From: Alphaproteobacteria bacterium
GTDB lineage: Bacteria; Pseudomonadota; Alphaproteobacteria; SHVW01
NCBI GenBank assembly: GCA_009694085.1
Contig: SHVW01000004.1
Span: forward strand, 1 to 56,288
Length of the DNA stretch: 56,288 bases
Direction of reading: 5' to 3'
Shown: positions 50,143-56,288 of the stretch, in pieces
How positions within the stretch are numbered: position 1 is the stretch's first letter
Layout of the letters: each line of letters starts with the position of its first letter
Position numbers and translations under genes: made by a program
Notes under the pieces: generated by a model
The model's database searches: none
Told to the model about the DNA's origin: nothing
Seen by the model: only the letters and a program-made list of their open reading frames with translations

Positions 50143-50865
50143 ATGGCGGCTCATACTTTTCTTGTTACCGGCGTGTCCCGCGGCATCGGCCGCGCCATCG
50201 CCGACCGCCTAGTGGCGCGGGGCGATCGGGTGGTCGGTTTGGCGCGCACGCCGCCGTCCAAGGGTTTCACCGGAATTTTCCATGCCTGCGATCTTGCCGA
50301 TACCGAAGTCACGGCGGGCACTCTGGCCCGCATCGTCGCCGATCACGCGATCGATGGCGTCGTCAACAATGCGGCAATTAACGTCGTGGGCCGGCTTGGG
50401 CAGGTCGATCTCAACGATTTCGACGCCATGGTCGAACTCAATCTGCGCGCGGCTATTCAGGTCACCCAGGCGGCGCTCCCCGGCATGCGCCGGCGCGGTT
50501 GGGGCCGCGTCGTTAACATCGCTAGCCGTACCGCCCTGGGCAAGACCGGCCGGACCGTCTATGGCGCGACCAAGGCGGCGCTCATCGGCATGACTCGGAC
50601 CTGGGCGCTCGAACTGGCGCGCGATGGCATCACGGTCAACGCCGTGTCGCCCGGCCCGATCGACACCGAACTGTTTCGTTCGACCAACCCACCGGATAGC
50701 CCGACGACCCGGACGATCATGGCGGACATTCCGGCCGGCCGGCTCGGCCGGCCCGAGGAGGTCGCCGCTGCCGTGACCTTCCTGGCATCGGAAGACGCCG
50801 GCTTCATCACGGGCCAGACGCTGTCGGTGTGTGGCGGCTTGACCGTTGGTTACGCGGGAATGTGA
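50143..50865 (+). CDS. SDR family oxidoreductase
   Basis: TG.SRGIG, NNA, YGATK, PGPI.T, ITGQ.L.V.GG. Confidence 0.92.
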   Translation: MAAHTFLVTGVSRGIGRAIADRLVARGDRVVGLARTPPSKGFTGIFHACDLADTEVTAGTLARIVADHAIDGVVNNAAINVVGRLGQVDLNDFDAMVELNLRAAIQVTQAALPGMRRRGWGRVVNIASRTALGKTGRTVYGATKAALIGMTRTWALELARDGITVNAVSPGPIDTELFRSTNPPDSPTTRTIMADIPAGRLGRPEEVAAAVTFLASEDAGFITGQTLSVCGGLTVGYAGM

Positions 50866-50950
50866 CGATCATGGTCTCGTGCCAAATTTTGGAGCACGAT
50901 TCACGTTTCATATTGAAGCTCTGCTTCAATGTGAAACGATCATGCTCTAG
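50866..50950 (-). repeat. Palindromic intergenic element of the TAGAGCAT(GAT) type (RIME/BRU-RS-like); probable bidirectional terminator
   Basis: Minus strand reads CTAGAGCATGAT-CGTTTCACATTGAAGC-AGA-GCTTCAATATGAAACG-TGA-ATCGTGCTC: a long, nearly perfect, AT-rich hairpin between convergent genes. Confidence 0.6.
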
Positions 50951-52545
50951 CCCAACCGCTCCATAGCCATGTCACGTAGTCTGCCGCGCTGAATCTTCGT
51001 ACCATTGGGTCCGGCAGTCGCGGGAAAGCTATCGAGCACGAAAATTCGCGCCGGCACCTTGTAGCGCGCCAGGCGGTTGGCGCACCAGCGGATCAGCCCG
51101 GCCTCATCGAATGCAGCACCCGGCTTCAGAACCACGAATCCAACTGGTTTGGCGCCACCCGACCCCGGGATGCCCACGACCTGGGCCTGGGCCACGGCCG
51201 GGTCGGCTTCCAGCTCCGCCTCGATTTCGCGTGAGCTGACGAGGAAGCCGCCGAGCCTGAGCGCGTCGCCCATGCGCGAGAGAAAGACGAAACTGCCATC
51301 GCCCACGGCATGGCCGAGATCGCCCGTGCGCACATAGCCATCGGGCGTTATGGCCTCGGCTGTCGCCGCAGGGTCGCCGTAGTAACCGAGCATGGCGCTT
51401 GGCCCCTTCAACTCAAGCATGCCGGGTTCGCCGGTTGCGCAAGGCCGCCCCGTGGCCGGATCGACAACACGGATGGCGCCATCGGCCGCTACGGGGAACC
51501 CACCGGGTCGGGCACGGCTCTCGATCGGATCGCCTGGCTGCTGGGCAGCGTAAAGGGCGAGCAACTCGCTCATGCCGAACAAGCCGACCAGTCGCGTGCC
51601 AGCGGATTCCAAGCGCTGCACCAGATCGGCGCGCGTGCCCTGGACAAAAGACGCGTAGCCGGCGAAGCGGAGACTCTTCAAGCCATCGCCCGTACCAGCC
51701 GAGGTCAGCATGCGGTCCAGCATCTCGTCCGTAGCGATCGCGTGGGTCAGGCGATGGTGAGCCACTAAACGCACGGCCTCATCGGCATCGAAGGACACCA
51801 TCAACGCCATCGGTCGCCCTGCCGCCAGGCACGCCATAGCCTGGGCGAAACCGAACACGCCGCAGAGCGGCAAGGCCTGAAGCGAGGCCGCATCCGGTGC
51901 ATCGAGGCCGAACCGCGCCGCCACATCATGGGCGTGGCGTACGATGCCGGATTGACCGTGGAGCACGAATTTAGGTGCGCGCGTGGTGCCCGAGGTGGTG
52001 AAAATGGCGACCCCGCTGTCGGGTCCGCCGAGTTCTCGATCGAGCATGGGCCCCGCAGCCAACGTGGCTAGATCGTAGACCCCAGCGCCGGACGGCGGAG
52101 TACCCAAATCGCCGGGCCCGCAGGCGACGATCGCTTCAATGCCGTCCAGGGCACCGGACGGCATTGCTGCCAAGACACCGGGGACATCTGCTCCTCTGAA
52201 GCCGGGGTCGAGCGCGAGCAGGCGCGCACCCGACCGGGCCAAGATGTCGCCGATTTCCAAGGCCCGGAAGCGCGTATTAACGGCAACCGCAATGGCGCCA
52301 AGCCGGGCAATGGCAAGGAGGAAACCCAGATAGGCCGGCCCGTTGGGCAGCCAGAGCCCAATTAGGTCGCCCGGACCAATGCCGAGGCCAGCCAGTCCAC
52401 GCGCCAAACTACGCCCAAAACTATCGAGCGCCGCAAAACTCCAAGTCGTCTCGCCAGCCCAAAATGCGGTCGACTCGGGCTCAGACAGCGCCCGCGCGGC
52501 AATCATGCCGTGAAGTGTCGTAGAAATAGCGCCAGTCTGCACCAC
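50947..52545 (-). CDS. AMP-forming acyl-CoA synthetase
   Basis: TTSGTT..PK, FGMSE, RTGDLG, R.GD..R.GG, YKVP, GTKIQR; GTG start approximate. Confidence 0.92.
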   Translation of the reverse strand: MVQTGAISTTLHGMIAARALSEPESTAFWAGETTWSFAALDSFGRSLARGLAGLGIGPGDLIGLWLPNGPAYLGFLLAIARLGAIAVAVNTRFRALEIGDILARSGARLLALDPGFRGADVPGVLAAMPSGALDGIEAIVACGPGDLGTPPSGAGVYDLATLAAGPMLDRELGGPDSGVAIFTTSGTTRAPKFVLHGQSGIVRHAHDVAARFGLDAPDAASLQALPLCGVFGFAQAMACLAAGRPMALMVSFDADEAVRLVAHHRLTHAIATDEMLDRMLTSAGTGDGLKSLRFAGYASFVQGTRADLVQRLESAGTRLVGLFGMSELLALYAAQQPGDPIESRARPGGFPVAADGAIRVVDPATGRPCATGEPGMLELKGPSAMLGYYGDPAATAEAITPDGYVRTGDLGHAVGDGSFVFLSRMGDALRLGGFLVSSREIEAELEADPAVAQAQVVGIPGSGGAKPVGFVVLKPGAAFDEAGLIRWCANRLARYKVPARIFVLDSFPATAGPNGTKIQRGRLRDMAMERLG

Positions 52546-52657
52546 GGCGAAACCGATCAGATCGCTGGTGCGCCGGCCCGGATCATGTCGGGGCCGAAAG
52601 CTTCCGGACCAGGCAGCCGGTCACAACCGGCCACCCTGCCCGGATTCGCTGAGAAGC

Positions 52658-52936
52658 CTAGTTAGTCGCCTTCGCCTTGTTTGGCTTCGCCTTGGCTTTG
52701 GCGGCGGAGGGCTTGGTCGCCTTCTTCTTGGAAGACTTCTGAGCCATCGAGCGGGCCTCGCCCTTCTTCGCCTTCTTGGCGGAGGCGGTTGTTGCCTTCT
52801 TTTGCGCCGCCTTCTGCTTCACCGTCCGCTCCGTCTTGACGGTCGGCTGAGCAGCGGTCTGGGCAAGGGCGGGGGCAACGGCAAAGGATAGGCCGGCAAG
52901 TAGGGCGACAACGGGGAGAAATGCCTTGAAGCGCAT
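52658..52936 (-). CDS. Small secreted Lys/Ala-rich basic protein
   Basis: Start moved to ATG 52936 (GGAAGG upstream); signal peptide MRFKAFLPVVALLAGLSFAVAPALA followed by a low-complexity K/A/T tail. Confidence 0.8.
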   Translation of the reverse strand: MRFKAFLPVVALLAGLSFAVAPALAQTAAQPTVKTERTVKQKAAQKKATTASAKKAKKGEARSMAQKSSKKKATKPSAAKAKAKPNKAKATN

Positions 52937-53192
52937 GGAGGTGGAACCTTCCGAGAGAGAGAAACAGTAACAAATACCATAAGCTAAGGACTCGCGAGAT
53001 TCAAGGGAATCTGCGGAATTCTGGCTTTGAATCGCCCACGCGGCGCATTGGTGTTGCCGCGACGCCCCACTAACCAACCCAAATCGGGGAACGTCGTCGA
53101 CCAAGCGGGATATGTCGGCGCGACGCAAGTTCCGAGATGAGTTCGGTTTATGCTCCCCTCACAACCGCTGCCACCCTCTGCCGTTAATCGCC

Positions 53193-54379
53193 ATGCATGT
53201 CCGCTATCCCATCTGGCTGCGCCGCGCCGACCGCCCGGGCGCGCGGGTCTTCGCCTTCATGTTCGCGCTTGAGGCGATCACGCGCGCCATGTTGGCAACG
53301 ATCATCCCGCTCCAAACCTATGCCTGTTCAAAGATGCGCGGGATGTCAGCTTGGCGTTTACGGCGGTTGGCATCACCGGGCTGATTGCCAGCTTTTTCAT
53401 CCCGTTCTTGATCGGTGCGATCCGGCGCCGGTGGGTCTATTCGATCGGGGCGCTTCTACTGATTGCCGCACCGGCGCTGATGGTGACGGCGACGCTGAGC
53501 GACCAGGGCGCGGGCATGTTGCTACGGGTTTTCGCCGTCGCCTGCCTGAACATCACCCTCAGCCTCTATATCATGGACTACATCGCCCGACGCGACCTGG
53601 TTCAGGTTGAGCCGCTTAAGCAGTTTTTCGGTGCCGGCGCCTGGTGCGTCGGGCCGACGCTGGGCGTCCTGTTGCATGAGCATGCCGAGCCGGGCTGGGC
53701 AGAGGCGGTCAGTGCGGTTTGCGCCTTGGTGATCCTGGCGAATTTTTGGATACTGCGCTTACAAGACAACCCCGCCGTTGCCGCCGCAACCAAGCCGCCG
53801 CCCAACGCCATCGCCAGCGTTGGCCGTTTCCTGGCCCAGCCGCGCCTGCGCCTGGCTTGGGCGATCTCGTTCGGCCGCGCAACCTGGTGGTCGATGTTCT
53901 TCATCTATGCCCCGGTTTTCATGGTTCGATCGGGCGAAAGCGCAATTGCCGGAGCGCTGCTGGTGTCGACCGCGAATTTTCAGCTTGTCCTGTCGCCGCT
54001 ATGGGGGCGTTGGGCGGCGATCCGCGGACTCAGGCTCGCCATCGTCTTTGCGTTCATCGCCGTCGGCATTACGACAGTGGCGGCCGGCGCCTTTGCCGCC
54101 CAGCCCTATATCGCCGCCGTTTTTCTACTCCTGGCCGCTGCCGCCTGCGTGGGCCTCGACGCGATCGGCAATATCCCGTTCCTGCGTGCCGTACATTCCT
54201 ATGAGAGGCCGCAGATGACGACGGTGTTCCGGACCTATGTGGATATCGCCGAATTGCTGCCGACCGCGATTTTCGCAGTGCTGCTCAGCTTCTTCGACCT
54301 TCCCGCGGTGTTCTTGGCGACCGGCGGCGCCATGCTGATCTTCGGCCCGCTGGCGCTCTATTTGCCGCGCCGCATGTAG
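53193..54379 (+). pseudogene. MFS transporter, frameshifted near 53323
   Basis: The ATG 53193 frame (MHVRYPIW...IIPLQTYA) joins the long MFS frame (LFKDARDVSLAFTAVG...) if one C is added at TATGCC^TGTTC; repaired length 1188 nt. Confidence 0.8.
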
Positions 54380-54386
54380 GTTGAGT

Positions 54387-54957
54387 TCAGCCTAGCGGCA
54401 TAACCTGGCAATACTGCCGGCCCCGGAGTTGATCGCAGAGCTGGCGAGCCTGATCGACCGATTCAAAACCGGTGGCGAATAGTCGGATCATGGGCCGGCC
54501 TTTGATATCGACCGCCAACATGCGCGGCTGAAGGCTACCGATCTGGCCGCCCAGGCTGCGCTGAAGCACCTGCCAACCCCGTTGGGCGTCGCTCTCCTTG
54601 GTATAAGAGGCGAGATGGGCGCCATAGGTACCGGGCGCCGCGCCCGAGGGAATCTGAGGCAGGGCACGGCCCGTGCCGCGAGCGGAGGCGCGCTGGGGCG
54701 TCATGGCGCGCGGGGCGGTTGCGCAGACGGCGCCGGTGTGACCATGGCCATGCCCATGGCGCTGCCAGGCGGCAAGGCCGGCGCCATCGGCCGGTTGGGA
54801 TCGACGGGTGGCAGTTCGATCGCCGGCCCGGTCATGGGTGCGGCCATCGCGGGCGCCGGCGCGTCCATCTTTTTGGCGTCGGTGCTGGGTTTGCGCGCAC
54901 ACCCACCGACCAACAGAAGCGCCGCTGCCACGATCCGACGTTCCGAACCACCTGCAT
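54387..54957 (-). pseudogene. SPOR-domain lipoprotein carrying two apparent 1-bp deletions
   Basis: GGAGG RBS and ATG 54957 (MQVVRNVG), then a second frame with lipobox IVAAALLLVGG-C and a Pro-rich linker, then a third frame with SPOR-like HLAS...E..A..GW..L...A..LC..L....C. Repaired length 573 nt. Confidence 0.7.
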
Positions 54958-55114
54958 CCCCAACCTCCCACCTGATCTGCAAGCCGACTCAGGGGCCTAC
55001 CATAGCACAAATGACAACGGATTTGCTTGCCCAACCCTGGCAATGTGCCACGAGTTCTCCTATATGCTGTCCCCCAGCCGACCTCCAACCCCGATCGCAC
55101 GCCTCTTGACCCAT

Positions 55115-56062
55115 ATGATCGACGACGCCCCGCAATCCCTGGACGCAACCGGCCGATGGCGGGTCGAATGGCCCACCCTGGCGGTCGCGGTCGCCGTATA
55201 TGGCGCGTGGGCGGCGCTAATTTGGGGCTACCAGCACATTCCGGGCTGGGTCTTTCTGCCCCTTGCGATCATGGTCGGCTGCTGGCACGGCTCGCTCCAG
55301 CATGAGGTGTTGCACAGCCACCCCACCGGCCGGCGCTGGATCGACGAGTTAATCGCCTATCCGCCAATTGCGCTGTGGCTACCCTATCCGATCTATCGCG
55401 ACAGCCACTTGCTTCATCACCGAGTCGACCTGTTGACCTGTCCATTGACCGACCCGGAATCCTGCTATTTGCCCGCCGACGATTGGGAGCGCCTGGGCAC
55501 AACCCCCTGGGGCCGCGCCTGGCAGCGCGTGCTGATCGCCAACAATACGATGCTGGGGCGGTTCGCGATCGGCCCAGCCATCGGTTTTACACGCTTTTAC
55601 ATCAGCGAATTCAAGCGTTTGGCTAGGGGCGACGCCTATCCCTTCGTAACCTGGGGCGTTCACATCGTCTTGTGCCTGCCCGTGCTGTGGTGGGCGGTCG
55701 AGATCTGCGCCATCCCGATCTGGATCTATGTTCTGGGCTTCGCCTATGGCGCGACCGGCTTGACCATGATGCGCTCCTATTACGAACACCGGCCGGCGGC
55801 ACGCCAGGACGAACGCACCGCGATCAACGAGGCCGGTTGGTTCATGCGCTTGCTCTATCTCAACAACTCTTTTCATGCGCTGCACCACGAGCGCCCCGGC
55901 GTGCCCTGGTACGCGCTCGCGCCGCTCTACCGCCGAGAGCGCGAGCGGTTGCTTGCCGGCAATGGCGGATTTGTCCATCCCGGCTATACCTCCCTCGCGC
56001 GGCGCTTTGCGTTCCGGCCGAAGGACCTGCCTTGCCATCCCACGGTGCGGCGCGCATCCTGA
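55115..56062 (+). CDS. Fatty acid desaturase family membrane protein (start 55115 or 55064)
   Basis: His boxes HGSLQHEVLH.HP, HLLHH, EH and N...HALHH..P..PWY.L; hydrophobic segments. Confidence 0.9.
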   Translation: MIDDAPQSLDATGRWRVEWPTLAVAVAVYGAWAALIWGYQHIPGWVFLPLAIMVGCWHGSLQHEVLHSHPTGRRWIDELIAYPPIALWLPYPIYRDSHLLHHRVDLLTCPLTDPESCYLPADDWERLGTTPWGRAWQRVLIANNTMLGRFAIGPAIGFTRFYISEFKRLARGDAYPFVTWGVHIVLCLPVLWWAVEICAIPIWIYVLGFAYGATGLTMMRSYYEHRPAARQDERTAINEAGWFMRLLYLNNSFHALHHERPGVPWYALAPLYRRERERLLAGNGGFVHPGYTSLARRFAFRPKDLPCHPTVRRAS

Positions 56063-56089
56063 GCGCGACATGGGAGCTGAGGTGAGGCC

Positions 56090-56269
56090 ATGAGCGGCAT
56101 CGGTTCTATCGGTTCGACCGGCAGTGTCGGCCTGCCCGCAAATGTGCAATCCCTGCTGAACACCCTGGTCAAGACCGAGCAGGAATTGATCGAGACGATC
56201 ACGGCGGTCGCCACGGGCCAGAAGGCGAGCAATCCGGGACTGGGGTTGGTCGTCGATATTTCGGTTTGA
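56090..56269 (+). CDS. 59-aa small protein, YjfB-like C-terminus
   Basis: GAGGTGAGG RBS, then MSGIGSIGSTGSVGLPANVQSLLNTLVKTEQELIETITAVATGQKASNPGLGLVVDISV*; shorter than any ORF in the track. Confidence 0.7.
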   Translation: MSGIGSIGSTGSVGLPANVQSLLNTLVKTEQELIETITAVATGQKASNPGLGLVVDISV

Positions 56270-56288
56270 CGTTGATCTGCGACCGATC

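Noticed and set aside
52570-52650. Imperfect GC-rich hairpins downstream of the Lys/Ala-rich gene
   Set aside because: Short, mismatched and without a U-tract; not distinguishable from chance at this GC content.

Overview
A GC-rich, densely coding 56 kb chromosomal segment that looks alphaproteobacterial (inferred from gene families, codon style and one palindromic repeat). It is dominated by uptake and catabolism. Transport: three Dpp/Opp-type ABC systems (one cut by the left edge), one Fe3+/polyamine-type ABC system and three MFS permeases. Enzymes: class V PLP enzyme, deacylase, four-domain rhodanese, TauD dioxygenase, an opine-oxidase/HcnABC-like trio preceded by a Mas1-like SDR, GST, two amidohydrolases, two acyl-CoA dehydrogenases, two CoA ligases, DmpA-type peptidase, DHDPS-like and IlvD/Edd enzymes, P450, MBL hydrolase, cyclase and desaturase. 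Housekeeping-type genes: pgi, bdhA and a patatin. I see no rRNA, tRNA, CRISPR array, transposase, integrase or transcription regulator. Most notable: (i) an orphan ~577-codon minus-strand frame (41195-42928) split by one in-frame TAG, with a Gly-rich hydrophobic hairpin; (ii) a possible opine/Amadori-type catabolic operon; (iii) a DUF4160/DUF2442 TA-like pair coupled to an EEP phosphoesterase; (iv) an SDR lacking its catalytic Tyr and Ser; (v) a TAGAGCAT-type palindromic element that supplies a stop codon; (vi) three inferred 1-bp deletions near the right end; (vii) a 59-aa gene missing from the ORF track. All functional calls come from motifs recognised by eye; no searches were run.
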